DNA of 64,000 nt from Gemmatimonadaceae bacterium (GTDB lineage: Bacteria > Gemmatimonadota > Gemmatimonadetes > Gemmatimonadales > Gemmatimonadaceae). This document shows positions 30,947 to 40,833 of the stretch, piece after piece. Where the stretch lies: the NCBI GenBank assembly GCA_045803545.1, contig JBJMOW010000005.1, forward strand, positions 96,001 through 160,000. The letters are read 5' to 3'. The translations under genes were made by a program, and so were the position numbers. The notes under the pieces were generated by a model. It worked only from the letters and a program-made list of their open reading frames with translations. It made no database searches and had not been told where the DNA came from. How positions within the stretch are numbered: position 1 is the stretch's first letter; each line of letters starts with the position of its first letter.

Positions 30947-30993
30947 CGCGCTCACATGCCCAAAGCTACTACCCCAAGGCCTGCCTGCGGCCA

Positions 30994-31689
30994 ATGACCC
31001 GGAATTTCCCCGAGAAAATCTCCCATCGCGGAGCACATCAAACGCTGCCCGAGAATTCGATCCCGGCGTTTCTCCGCGCGATCGAGCTTGGCGCCGATGC
31101 CATCGAACTCGATGTACACGCTACACACGATGGCGCCCTGGTGGTCCATCACGATGATGGCGTCAATGCGCCCGGCGAACCGCGACGTCGAATCGCGGAA
31201 ACACCCTTAGCCGAGCTAAGACATTACAAGCTCGCCAACGAAATCGACATTCCGACACTCGGGGAGGTTTTATCTGCGGTCGATGAGAGCGCCTTTGTTT
31301 ACGTCGAAATAAAAGCTCCGAATATCGAGCCGCTGGTTACGCGAGCGATTCGCGAGTCCAATACGCGATGTGCGGTTCATTCGTTCGATCACCGAATTGT
31401 AAACACGGTGAAAACGATATTGCCCGCGATACGCACCGGTGTTTTGGAAGTGTCTCGGCATGTTGATCCCGCCGTTTCTTTGCAAACGAGTGGCGCTCAG
31501 GATCTCTGGCAGGAAGTGAGTTTTATCGACGAGGACCTCGTCGCGCGCGTTCACGCCATCAACGCACGCGTGATCGCCTGGACAGCGAACGATGCCGATC
31601 AGTGGGAAACCCTAAGAAGAATCGGCGTCGACGGCATCTGCACCGATCGCATCGCAGAGCTCGGCGCAATCAACTGGGAAGTGCGCTAG
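30994..31689 (+). CDS. Glycerophosphodiester phosphodiesterase
   Basis: SHRGA, PENS, ELDV, HHD, EIK, WTAN, GICTD. Confidence 0.92.
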   Translation: MTRNFPEKISHRGAHQTLPENSIPAFLRAIELGADAIELDVHATHDGALVVHHDDGVNAPGEPRRRIAETPLAELRHYKLANEIDIPTLGEVLSAVDESAFVYVEIKAPNIEPLVTRAIRESNTRCAVHSFDHRIVNTVKTILPAIRTGVLEVSRHVDPAVSLQTSGAQDLWQEVSFIDEDLVARVHAINARVIAWTANDADQWETLRRIGVDGICTDRIAELGAINWEVR

Positions 31690-31731
31690 TTTATTGCGTC
31701 CTTTCAGCCCGTTCGGAGGAACCGGCCCACA

Positions 31732-33153
31732 ATGAAAGCATTGTTTTATCTCCTGCTCACAGGTGCAGTAGCCTGTGCATCTGCGTCCACCCACCCGACA
31801 ACTTCAACGACAGCCGCTCGCGACAGCGCGAAGAGCGACGTCGGACTTGGCGCCACTTCGGTGCCGAACGCTGATCCCTTCCCAAGCACCTACGTTCCCT
31901 TTCCGTCGCGCACAACCGTCATACGAAACGTCAACATTCTGACGGCAGCGGGTCCGCTGATAAGAAACGGCGCGATCCTCATCCAGAACGGAAAAGTGGC
32001 CGCCGTTGGCGCAACGGTGAACGCGCCCGCGGACGCGCTGGTGATCGAAGGCAACGGCAAGTACGTGACGCCTGGAATCATCGACGATCACTCTCACCTT
32101 GGGGTCTACGCAGCGCCCGGTGGCAATGCGCTCAGCGATGGAAATGAGGCGACCAGTCCAACGACGCCGCAGGTGTGGGCTGAGCACTCGGTGTGGCCGC
32201 AGGATCCGCAGTTTCCGCGCAATCTGGCCGGCGGCGTTACGACGCTGCAGGTTTTGCCGGGCTCCGCGAATTTGATCGGCGGCCGCAGTGTCGTCCTCAA
32301 GGTCGTTCCCGCGCGGACTGTTCAGGGGATGAAATTCCCCGGCGCGAAGTACGGGCTGAAGATGGCGTGCGGCGAGAATCCAAAAAGAGTGTACGCGGGT
32401 CGCGGCGGTCCTTCAACTCGCATGGGCAACGTCGCTGGTTACCGCGCGGCCTGGATCCGCGCCGTCGATTATCGAAAAAAGTGGGACAAGTGGAACGCCG
32501 ATCACAAGGGCGATCCGCCGGCGCGTGATCTTGGCCTGGAGACGCTCGCTGAAGTTCTGCGCGGTAACATACTCGTCCACAATCACTGCTACCGCTCGGA
32601 CGAGATGGCGCAAATGATCGACATCGCGCACGAATTCGGCTACAAGATCCGCTCGTTCCATCACGGTGTCGAAGCCTACAAGATCGCCGACCTTCTTGCG
32701 AAGGAAGACATCGGAGCATCGATCTGGGCGGACTGGGGCAGCTTCAAGATGGAAGCGATCGACGCGGTGAAGGCCAACATGGCACTGGTCGATCACGGCG
32801 GTGCGCGCGTCATCGTGCATTCGGATGATCCGTCGGGATCGCAGCGTCTGAATCAGGAGGCGGCGAAAGCGATGGCAGCTGGCGCAGAAATCGGTTTGCC
32901 AGTGAGCGAAGAAACAGCGATCAAGTGGCTGACGATCAACCCTGCGTGGGCGCTGGGTCTCGACGACAAGATCGGCTCGCTCGAAACAGGCAAGAACGCC
33001 GATGTAATACTCTGGACGGGCGACCCGTTCAGTGTCTACTCGAAACCTGAGAAGGTCTGGATTGACGGCGCGCTGATGTACGATCGCACCGATCCCACCG
33101 AGCAGTGGCGCACCGATTTCGAGCTCGGCTTCGTACCGTTCAACCGGAACTGA
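31732..33153 (+). CDS. Lipoprotein metal-dependent amidohydrolase
   Basis: AVAC lipobox, PGIIDDHSH, KMACGENPK, HNHCY, HHGVE, HSDD, GSLETGKNAD. Confidence 0.88.
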   Translation: MKALFYLLLTGAVACASASTHPTTSTTAARDSAKSDVGLGATSVPNADPFPSTYVPFPSRTTVIRNVNILTAAGPLIRNGAILIQNGKVAAVGATVNAPADALVIEGNGKYVTPGIIDDHSHLGVYAAPGGNALSDGNEATSPTTPQVWAEHSVWPQDPQFPRNLAGGVTTLQVLPGSANLIGGRSVVLKVVPARTVQGMKFPGAKYGLKMACGENPKRVYAGRGGPSTRMGNVAGYRAAWIRAVDYRKKWDKWNADHKGDPPARDLGLETLAEVLRGNILVHNHCYRSDEMAQMIDIAHEFGYKIRSFHHGVEAYKIADLLAKEDIGASIWADWGSFKMEAIDAVKANMALVDHGGARVIVHSDDPSGSQRLNQEAAKAMAAGAEIGLPVSEETAIKWLTINPAWALGLDDKIGSLETGKNADVILWTGDPFSVYSKPEKVWIDGALMYDRTDPTEQWRTDFELGFVPFNRN

Positions 33154-33156
33154 TCG

Positions 33157-34452
33157 ATGATTCCATATAGGACACTCAAGATTGCATTCGGCGTCGCCGT
33201 CATCGGGATCACTGCGAGCGCGAACTCACAGACGGTCGCCATCGTCGGCGGCAAAGTTTATCCGGTCAGCGGCGCGCCGATCGAGAATGGAACTGTCGTC
33301 ATCACCAACGGCAAAATCACAGCGGTCGGCACCAACGTCCCGATTCCCGCCGGTGCACAGCGCATCGACGCAACGGGAAAACTCGTCACCCCTGGTTTCG
33401 TCAATTCCTCGACGCAGCTCGGCGTGCAAGAGATTGGTTTCGGCGGACCCCCGGTTGATGCGTCAGCACGCGGTAAGGACAACGTCGCCGCCGCATTCAC
33501 CGTGTGGGAAGGTCTCAATCCGAACTCTGTACTGCTTGCGCCGGCCCGGAAAGAAGGCATCACCAGCTTCGTCATTATTCCAACGGGCGGCTTGATCGCG
33601 GGTCAGGCCGCGCTGGTGGATGTGGTCCCTGGCACGACGACCGACATGATCATCCGCGCGCCAGTCGCGATGGTCGCCGAAATTGGGGACGCTCAGCAGG
33701 CGGGACTCGGCTCCCGTGGCGAGCTCATCGTCAAGTTGCGCGAATTGCTTGACGATGCGAAGTATTTCCAGACTCACCGCGACGCGTTCGATCGCGCGCA
33801 GACACGGACTTTCGCGGCGAGCAGACTTGACCTCCAGGCGCTCATCCCGGTGATCGAAGGCAAGCTGCCGTTGATGATCACGGTCGACCGCGAATCCGAC
33901 ATCGATGCAGCAATGCGGCTGGCACGCGATTACAACGTCAAGCTCGTCATCGGCGGAGGAGCGGAGGCGTGGATGATGGCAGACAAGCTCGCCGCCGCCC
34001 GTGTACCTGTCCTCACCGGCGCCGAGAACAACATTCCGGGCAGCTTCGCCGCGCTCGGACAGCGCCAGGAAAATGCGGGGCTGCTGAGCAAAGCCGGAGT
34101 GCCAGTCGCGCTAATCGGTAACGCCGGTGGTGGCGACGAAGAAGCGTTCAATGTCCGGAACCTGAAGCAGGAGGCAGGCAACGCAGTCTCTTACGGAATG
34201 ACCTGGGACAATGCGTTACGCGCGGTGACACTCGCTCCCGCCGAGATCTTTGGCGTCGCCGATCGGGTTGGTTCGTTGCAGCCAGGCCGTGAGGGGAATG
34301 TCATCGTGTGGAGCGGCGATCCGTTCGAGTTCACATCTCGCGCGGAGCACGTGTTCGTGCGAGGGAGAGAATACAACGAGAAAACGCGGCAGGATCTTTT
34401 GATTGAGCGTTACCGAAATTTGCCGGGTACGCATAATCAGCCGCCGAAGTAA
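33157..34452 (+). CDS. Exported amidohydrolase-fold protein lacking metal ligands
   Basis: Signal peptide, PGFVNSSTQLG in place of HxH, GSLQPGREGN. Confidence 0.8.
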   Translation: MIPYRTLKIAFGVAVIGITASANSQTVAIVGGKVYPVSGAPIENGTVVITNGKITAVGTNVPIPAGAQRIDATGKLVTPGFVNSSTQLGVQEIGFGGPPVDASARGKDNVAAAFTVWEGLNPNSVLLAPARKEGITSFVIIPTGGLIAGQAALVDVVPGTTTDMIIRAPVAMVAEIGDAQQAGLGSRGELIVKLRELLDDAKYFQTHRDAFDRAQTRTFAASRLDLQALIPVIEGKLPLMITVDRESDIDAAMRLARDYNVKLVIGGGAEAWMMADKLAAARVPVLTGAENNIPGSFAALGQRQENAGLLSKAGVPVALIGNAGGGDEEAFNVRNLKQEAGNAVSYGMTWDNALRAVTLAPAEIFGVADRVGSLQPGREGNVIVWSGDPFEFTSRAEHVFVRGREYNEKTRQDLLIERYRNLPGTHNQPPK

Positions 34453-34492
34453 GAGGCACTACAACAGCAGCCAACAACTGCGGAGGGATTTC

Positions 34493-35923
34493 ATGCGTGT
34501 TCATCCTCGGCGCGTAGAGAAAGTACTCGCGTTCGCGCTCCTCGCTGCGGCGCTGTTTGGTCAGCGTAGGATCGGCGCCCAATCCACGACGACACCAGGC
34601 GCGCCGATTTCCGCGGCGTATCAACGACTAGCTGCGGCACTTGATTCGATCGCGCGCGCAGCGGTCGCGAAGGGTCCCATTCCAGGGATGTCGATTGCCG
34701 TCGTAAAGGGCAACACTCCACTGCTGATGAAGGGCTATGGCTACGCAGACCTCGAAAACGACGTTCCCGCGACGGTCGAGACTGTCTATCGAATCGGTTC
34801 TATCACCAAACAGTTCACGGCTGCGGCGATCATGCGGCTCGTCGAGCAACAGAAGCTTTCGCTCGAGGACCCGCTCACGAAGTTCTTCCCCGACTATCCT
34901 GTTCGCGGCAACGCCGTCACTGTTCACCAGCTGTTGAATCATACATCGGGCATTCACAGCTACACGTCGATGGGCCCGCGATGGCAGCGCAGAATGCGTG
35001 ACGACATGGAGCCCGACTCGATGATCGCGTTCTTCCGCGACGAGCCGTTCGATTTCGCTCCGGGCACCCAGTGGCGTTACGACAACTCGGGCTACTTCCT
35101 CCTCGGCCGAATTATCGAGAAAATCAGCGGTCGGACCTACGCGGAATACGTTCGCGATGAACTCTTTCACCCGCTCGGTCTCACGGGCACGTACTACTGT
35201 GACTTGAGTCCAATCATCAAGCGCCGCGCCCAGGGCTATGGGCGTGTCAAGGATGTGTGGACGAACGCAGCTCCGCTGAGTATGACGCAACCGTACGCCG
35301 CAGGCTCACTCTGTTCCACAGTCGCTGACCTGGTGACCTGGACGCGCGCGTTGCACTCCGGTCGCGTGGTAAACGCAGCCTCTCTTAGGCGGATGACAAC
35401 GCCCGACAAGCTGGTCGACGGCAAACCACTCGACTACGGCTTTGGGCTTCTGACCGGCTCGCTGAACGAGCACCGCCTCATTGGGCACGGAGGGGGAATC
35501 AACGGCTTTGCGACGTACCTCGGGTACTATCCTCAAGATACGCTCACCGTCGTAGTGCTCACCAACACTGAATCGGGTAACCCCGACGCGGTTGCTCGCA
35601 GTCTGTCGCGCCGGACACTCGGCATTCCGGAGCCCAGACCGAAGGATCTCGCTTTGTCGGCTGAGGAGCTGATTCGCTACGCAGGCACGTACTCGGTGCC
35701 AGGCGGTCCGACCTTCCGCATCGTCGAGGAGCACGGCTCTCTCACACTTGAACTGCCGGGCGAAAGTCCCGATCGCCTGCTCTACCAGGGTAAGGGCGAA
35801 TTTTTGTCGTCGATCGCGGCCGACTTCGGGTTAGCGTTCGAGCCGATTCCCGGAGCCCATGCTCAACGCGTGAAGGTGATGGACGCAGGACACGTCATTT
35901 TTGAGGCGGAACGGAAACAATAA
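34493..35923 (+). CDS. Exported serine hydrolase, beta-lactamase/AmpC-like family
   Basis: SITK (SxxK), LLNHTSG, YDN, HGG; GGAGG Shine-Dalgarno before ATG 34493. Confidence 0.88.
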   Translation: MRVHPRRVEKVLAFALLAAALFGQRRIGAQSTTTPGAPISAAYQRLAAALDSIARAAVAKGPIPGMSIAVVKGNTPLLMKGYGYADLENDVPATVETVYRIGSITKQFTAAAIMRLVEQQKLSLEDPLTKFFPDYPVRGNAVTVHQLLNHTSGIHSYTSMGPRWQRRMRDDMEPDSMIAFFRDEPFDFAPGTQWRYDNSGYFLLGRIIEKISGRTYAEYVRDELFHPLGLTGTYYCDLSPIIKRRAQGYGRVKDVWTNAAPLSMTQPYAAGSLCSTVADLVTWTRALHSGRVVNAASLRRMTTPDKLVDGKPLDYGFGLLTGSLNEHRLIGHGGGINGFATYLGYYPQDTLTVVVLTNTESGNPDAVARSLSRRTLGIPEPRPKDLALSAEELIRYAGTYSVPGGPTFRIVEEHGSLTLELPGESPDRLLYQGKGEFLSSIAADFGLAFEPIPGAHAQRVKVMDAGHVIFEAERKQ

Positions 35924-35975
35924 CCGCTTGCCCCCGTCACCGTAAACTCCAGGGGAGAGTGCGATGGTTCGTGCT

Positions 35976-36326
35976 CTAACTGGGCGAGCCCTGGTAATCA
36001 TTCGCGCCGCCCGACGCGGTCCCGGTACCTGAAGTCGAGCCTGTCGACGTCGACTGTTGGCGCCGCAACTCGATCTCGGCCTCCAGCCTCGCTGCTTCCG
36101 TATCATGCGTCTCGAGCGTTGCGCGCAGCCGATCGTAAGTGGCTGCGTCGATCTCGCCGCCGCCCTTTCGTGAACGGTACACCGCGTAGCCGAGCGCCTG
36201 CGCGGCTTTGTCGGCGAGCTGTCGCGTCCGAAATGCTTCGAGTCGCGTCTTCCCGTCGTCGAACGCGTCCTGCGCGACACGGCCGGCGCGATCCAGCTCC
36301 TGTTTCAGCCTATCGAGTAATGCCAT
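35976..36326 (-). CDS. Hypothetical helical protein (116 aa) with Ser/Thr/Gly tail
   Basis: MALLDRLKQELDRAG..., coiled-coil-like; fills the gap between two genes. Confidence 0.65.
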   Translation of the reverse strand: MALLDRLKQELDRAGRVAQDAFDDGKTRLEAFRTRQLADKAAQALGYAVYRSRKGGGEIDAATYDRLRATLETHDTEAARLEAEIELRRQQSTSTGSTSGTGTASGGANDYQGSPS

Positions 36327-36414
36327 CGTACTCTCGTGTAAGAGGTTGGTGCTTCTAACCCTACGCACGCGCGGAAGGCGACGTTTCAGTATCGCTCGGC
36401 GCTGACTGAATGGC

Positions 36415-36440
36415 AACAAAAAAGCCCCTCGCGGGGCTTT
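36415..36440 (-). terminator. Intrinsic terminator after rpmA
   Basis: AAAGCCCC-N4-GGGGCTTT hairpin with a U tract on the minus strand. Confidence 0.8.
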
Positions 36441-36459
36441 CGGTGACGATTCGCGGTGC

Positions 36460-36732
36460 TTACGCCGCGCTCGTCTCCTTCTCCGGATACACGCTGACTT
36501 TGTAGCGGCGGCTGTTCTTGTGCTCGAACTTCACTACGCCATCGATCAGCGAGTAGATGGTGAAATCGGAGCCGAGGCCGACGTTGCGTCCCGGATGCCA
36601 CTTCGTACCGCACTGGCGCACGATGATGTTGCCGGCGACGACTTTCTCCCCGCCGAACTTCTTCACGCCGCGGAATTGCGGATTGCTATCGCGACCGTTT
36701 CGCGATGAGCCGACACCTTTCTTATGAGCCAT
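36460..36732 (-). CDS. rpmA: 50S ribosomal protein L27
   Basis: [16 protein letters not shown]. Confidence 0.98.
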   Translation of the reverse strand: MAHKKGVGSSRNGRDSNPQFRGVKKFGGEKVVAGNIIVRQCGTKWHPGRNVGLGSDFTIYSLIDGVVKFEHKNSRRYKVSVYPEKETSAA

Positions 36733-37079
36733 TACTTCTCTCCTTTCTCGCCGCCGCGCGATTTGCCAAAGGCGACATCCTTGATGCGGACCTCGGTGAA
36801 CGCCTGCCGATGGCCCTGCTTTTTTGCGTAGTTCTTGCGACGCTTGTGCTTGAAGACGACGATCTTCTCTCCAAGTCCCTGCTTGACGATCTCGCCCGTG
36901 ACATGAGCGCCTTTCACACCGGGCGCGCCGACGTGTCTCGTATCGCCATCGACGCCAAGAATGACGTCATCGAAGGTGACTTTGGCACCAGCGTCGCCGG
37001 CCATTTTCGGAATTCGTATAGTTTTGCCGGCCTCAGCGCGGTACTGCTTGCCGCCGGTTCTAATGATCGCGTAAGTCAT
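36732..37079 (-). CDS. rplU: 50S ribosomal protein L21
   Basis: [23 protein letters not shown]. Confidence 0.97.
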   Translation of the reverse strand: MTYAIIRTGGKQYRAEAGKTIRIPKMAGDAGAKVTFDDVILGVDGDTRHVGAPGVKGAHVTGEIVKQGLGEKIVVFKHKRRKNYAKKQGHRQAFTEVRIKDVAFGKSRGGEKGEK

Positions 37080-37117
37080 GGAATCTGCTTGCGTTATGTG
37101 CTGTAAACTAGCCTTGG

Positions 37118-37146
37118 AAGTTAAGCGTCGATGAGTCGTAGGTCAA
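37118..37146 (-). promoter_or_regulatory. Candidate sigma70 promoter for rplU-rpmA
   Basis: TTGACC-N17-TAACTT. Confidence 0.6.
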
Positions 37147-37182
37147 CCGGTCCTGATTGACTGAGGCCTGAGGACTAAGTCC

Positions 37183-38757
37183 TCACGCAATGGCATACTG
37201 TTGCGTTACATCCCGACCCTGCGCCTTGACCACCAGCTTGAATTCATCGGGCTTGAGCAGCGGATCATCGCGGAACTCGAGCGAGAAATTCGCCGCCTTC
37301 TGAAGCTTCTGCGCCAGATCGCGCTCTTGCTCCAGTACGTACATCGCGACATCCGGATGCAGCTTCACCAGCAGATTGTCACGGCGACCCTCGAACGCCA
37401 TCCGCTTAACCGAGCGCTCCATCCGTCGGACGATTGTCTCGGGGGTCAGAACTCGACCAGTGCCGTCACAAGTCGGGCAGGCCTCGGTCGAAGACTGATA
37501 GTGACTCTGACGGACACGCTGGCGCGTCATCTCGATCAGGCCGAGGTCGCTCACTGCGAACGCTTTCGTACGAGCACGATCGCGTGAGAGGTGTTGCCGC
37601 AGCTCCTGGAGAACGCGGTCACGGTTGGCCTTGGTCTCCATGTCGATGAAATCACAGACGATAATGCCGCCGACATCGCGCAGTCTGAGCTGACGCGCGA
37701 CTTCCGCCGCAGCTTCCATGTTCGTCCGCAAAACTGTCTTCTCGGGATCTTTCTTGCCCGTGTACCGGCCCGAGTTGATGTCGATCGAGACTAGCGCCTC
37801 GGTCGGCTCAATGATCAGATACCCACCTGCCGGCAGATCGCAGCGCCGCTTGAAAATGTCCCTGATCTCGGCTTCGATGTTCGCGCTGTCGAAGAGCGAT
37901 AGCGTCGCTTCGTAAAGCTTCACGCGTTCGATCAGATCGGGGGCGATGTCCTTCAGGTACGAGACGATCTCGTTGTAGACCTGCTTGGAATCGACGGTGA
38001 GGCTGTCGACCTTGTCGCTGAAGATGTCCCGTACCAGGCCACGAGTAAGGCCGCTTTCGCGGTTCACCAGCGCCGGCGCTTTCTGGAAGTGGGTTTTTCG
38101 TTTGATCTTCTTCCACTGCGACATCAGGCTCTTCAGCTCGCGCTCGAGCATCTCGGGCGTCACGTCTTCGCTGACCGTTCTGACGATCACTCCGCCCGAC
38201 TTGTCCGGCAGTACCGCCTGGACTTGCTCCTTCAGTCGGGCTCGCTCGGCCGAGGAGCCGATCTTCCGGCTGACGCCGACCTTGGAAGAATCAGGGATAT
38301 AAACAAGGAATCTCCCGGCGAGGGAGATTTGGGCGGTGACACGCGGCCCTTTGGTCGAGATCGGCTCTTTGGAGACCTGAACGAGGATCTCCTGGCCACG
38401 CTTGAGCGCTTCCTGGATCAGCGGTGCCTTCGCGCGTCGACCATTCCCATTGCCGCCGTTGCCGTTCTTCCTTTCGCCCGGCTCGTCGTCATCATCCTCG
38501 TCGTCTTCGTCTTCCGCCTCATCGGCGCTTTGACGGACCAGATCCGACGAGTGAAGGAACGCGCTTTTCTCCGTCCCGATATCGACGAAGGCTGCCTGGA
38601 TTCCGGGGAGTACAGCGTCGACCCGGCCAAGGTAAATGTCACCGACCATGCGTCGGTTCTCTGGACGATCGACGAGCAGCTCAACGAGCTTCGCGTCCTC
38701 CAGAATCGCGATCCGCGTCTCGCGCGGGGTCGCGTTTATGAGGATTTCTCTTTTCAT
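37183..38757 (-). CDS. rne: Ribonuclease E/G family
   Basis: S1 domain VLPGIQAAFVDIG, KEPISTKG, IDINSG, DFIDM, CPTCDGTG; start ATG 38757. Confidence 0.93.
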   Translation of the reverse strand: MKREILINATPRETRIAILEDAKLVELLVDRPENRRMVGDIYLGRVDAVLPGIQAAFVDIGTEKSAFLHSSDLVRQSADEAEDEDDEDDDDEPGERKNGNGGNGNGRRAKAPLIQEALKRGQEILVQVSKEPISTKGPRVTAQISLAGRFLVYIPDSSKVGVSRKIGSSAERARLKEQVQAVLPDKSGGVIVRTVSEDVTPEMLERELKSLMSQWKKIKRKTHFQKAPALVNRESGLTRGLVRDIFSDKVDSLTVDSKQVYNEIVSYLKDIAPDLIERVKLYEATLSLFDSANIEAEIRDIFKRRCDLPAGGYLIIEPTEALVSIDINSGRYTGKKDPEKTVLRTNMEAAAEVARQLRLRDVGGIIVCDFIDMETKANRDRVLQELRQHLSRDRARTKAFAVSDLGLIEMTRQRVRQSHYQSSTEACPTCDGTGRVLTPETIVRRMERSVKRMAFEGRRDNLLVKLHPDVAMYVLEQERDLAQKLQKAANFSLEFRDDPLLKPDEFKLVVKAQGRDVTQQYAIA

Positions 38758-38946
38758 TTTTCCCCGCCTCAGTCCTCCGCTCGGCGACTCGGCGAGCAAC
38801 GGTGAGACGGTTAAAAAAAGTTCGCGCGGTCGTGCTACAGGGCCGCGTTATGATTTCTTTCGGTACCACCAACCTGCCCCGCAGTCCATGTGTCCGGGTG
38901 TCGCGAGTCGCACGAATCACCCCATGCACCAGGGCCAACGATCGAT
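38758..38946 (-). promoter_or_regulatory. Structured 5' leader of rne
   Basis: Long imperfect hairpin 38868-38946, second hairpin 38825-38847, U7 run; follows a candidate promoter. Confidence 0.55.
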
Positions 38947-38952
38947 GAGTGC

Positions 38953-38982
38953 AATCTAGGGAGGGCTGGCTTGCTTCCGCAA
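38953..38982 (-). promoter_or_regulatory. Candidate sigma70 promoter for rne
   Basis: TTGCGG-N18-TAGATT. Confidence 0.5.
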
Positions 38983-39059
38983 CAGCGACAACGACTTACG
39001 TGCGGTTGAGCCACATCGGAAACTGCCTGTCCACCTGCCAAACTATGTGACTGACAGAG

Positions 39060-39611
39060 TTAGAATCCCGTCACAGTCCTGTAGATGAGCCAGATCATCA
39101 CCAGAATGTAGGTCAACCCCGCCTTCCATTCTCCGTGCTTCATGTAGAGGTCGAGACTGAAACCGCCTTCGTCATCCGGATGCGTCGCCTTCCACGGGGT
39201 GGGGCGAGGCATGAAGGCCGGTACGTTGGCGGCGTAGGTCTGGTACGCTTCGGGAAATCGCCCTGCGATGTTCGCCCGCTCGCGCTGCATGGTGGGCGCG
39301 TATACGAGAGCGAAGAACGCAACTACCACCAACAACAACGCCCAGTGGACCGCGATCGCGAAGCCGGCAGCGATCATAAAGCTGCCGAAGTAGAGCGGAT
39401 TCCGGGTGTGGGCGTATGGACCAGTCGTCGCGAGTCGCTCGTTCTTCGAGATATGTCCCGATGCCCAGGCCCGGATCAGAACTCCGACGAGCGCGACCGC
39501 GCCGCCTACGGCCAGCGTGAGCGGCGTCGGTCGCGCAAAGATCAGGTACGTAATTCCAAGAACGAAGCCCAACGGCAGGCGGAGTCGCTTCGCCACTTCG
39601 GAATACGTCAA
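39060..39611 (-). CDS. Isoprenylcysteine carboxyl methyltransferase/PEMT family membrane protein
   Basis: LATTGPYAHTRNPLYFG, Y...VPAF.P, TM helices. Confidence 0.85.
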   Translation of the reverse strand: MTYSEVAKRLRLPLGFVLGITYLIFARPTPLTLAVGGAVALVGVLIRAWASGHISKNERLATTGPYAHTRNPLYFGSFMIAAGFAIAVHWALLLVVVAFFALVYAPTMQRERANIAGRFPEAYQTYAANVPAFMPRPTPWKATHPDDEGGFSLDLYMKHGEWKAGLTYILVMIWLIYRTVTGF

Positions 39612-40825
39612 TCCGCTAACTCCTTGATCAGGTTACGCGCGATTACCATGCGCTGAATCTCCGAGGTACCCTCACCAATCTCGCAGATCTTGGCGTCACG
39701 GAACATGCGCTCGACCGGGTACTCTTTGGTGTAGCCGTACCCGCCGTGGATCTGGATCGCCTTGATCGTCGTGCGCATCGCGAGCTCGGAGCAATACAAT
39801 TTCGCGATCGCTGCCTGCTTGGTGAATGGCTGCTTGTTCTGCGCGAGCCAGGCAGCGTGAAACATCAAGTGCTTCCCCGCCTCGATCTCCGTCGCAATGT
39901 CGGCGAGCTGGAATTGGATCCCCTGGAAGTTGGCGATCGGCTGACCGAATTGTTTGCGCAGCGTCGAGTATCTCAATGACTGCTCAAAGGCGCCCTCGGC
40001 GATGCCGAGTGAGAGAGCTGCGATTCCGACTCGACCATTGTCGAGGGTCCGCATGAAATTCGTGAAGCCTTCGCCCTCTTCGCCGAGCAGATTCTCCGCC
40101 GGGACTTCGACATCCTCGAAGATGAGCGAACGCGTGTCTGAAGCTCTCCACCCCAGCTTGTCTTCTTTTTTGCCGGCACGGAAACCTTGCATCCGAGCGA
40201 GTGAATCATCGTGGCCGATGCCGAGCCCGTCCAGCTTCTCGAGGTCGCTTGCTTCCTTGGTCAGGATGAAGGAGCTGATGCCTTTTGTTCCCTGCTCGCG
40301 ATCCGTTACTGCGGTGACGACGAAGATCTCGCCAACTCCGCCGTGGGTGATGAAGATCTTGCTTCCGTTCAGGATGTAGTGAGACCCTTTGCGCACCGCG
40401 GTCGTTTTGGTGCTTGCTGCGTCGCTCCCTGCAGCAGGCTCGGTCAGTCCGAAACCACCGAGAACCTTTCCGCTCGCCAGCAGCGGGACGTATTTCTTCT
40501 TCTGCGCTGTCGTGCCGAAGTTGACGATCGGCGACGTGCCGAGCGTCGTGTGCGCTGAGATCGTAATGGCGTGCGACGCATCGACCTTTGCCATCTCATT
40601 GATCACGATCATGTAGCTGATCAGATCGAGTCCGGCGCCGCCCAGATCTTCCGGCCAGGGGATGCCCAGCAGCCCGAGCTCTCCCATTTTCTTGACGTTT
40701 TCCCACGGGAACTCGGCCTTCGCATCGAGCTCGGCGGCGACCGGAGCAACTTCGCTGCGCGCGAACTCGCGGACCATGTTCCGGACCGCGAGGTGCTGCT
40801 CAGTGAAGTAGAGCGAATCGTCCAT
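39608..40825 (-). CDS. Acyl-CoA dehydrogenase (short/branched-chain type)
   Basis: GLTEPAAGSDA, NGSKIFIT, RKQFGQ, HGGYGY, EIGEGTSEIQR. Confidence 0.93.
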   Translation of the reverse strand: MDDSLYFTEQHLAVRNMVREFARSEVAPVAAELDAKAEFPWENVKKMGELGLLGIPWPEDLGGAGLDLISYMIVINEMAKVDASHAITISAHTTLGTSPIVNFGTTAQKKKYVPLLASGKVLGGFGLTEPAAGSDAASTKTTAVRKGSHYILNGSKIFITHGGVGEIFVVTAVTDREQGTKGISSFILTKEASDLEKLDGLGIGHDDSLARMQGFRAGKKEDKLGWRASDTRSLIFEDVEVPAENLLGEEGEGFTNFMRTLDNGRVGIAALSLGIAEGAFEQSLRYSTLRKQFGQPIANFQGIQFQLADIATEIEAGKHLMFHAAWLAQNKQPFTKQAAIAKLYCSELAMRTTIKAIQIHGGYGYTKEYPVERMFRDAKICEIGEGTSEIQRMVIARNLIKELAD

Positions 40826-40833
40826 ACCGAAAC

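Noticed and set aside
34493..35923. Beta-lactam resistance gene
   Set aside because: SxxK/YxN/HGG pattern with a C-terminal extension fits the broad serine hydrolase family; no evidence for lactamase activity
37151..37183. Short ctgagg/ctgatt repeats with an AGGACT/AGTCCT hairpin after rne
   Set aside because: Too short and degenerate to call a repeat element or terminator
38800..39059. SRP RNA, tmRNA or a known riboswitch upstream of rne
   Set aside because: No diagnostic motifs recognised; kept only as an unclassified structured leader
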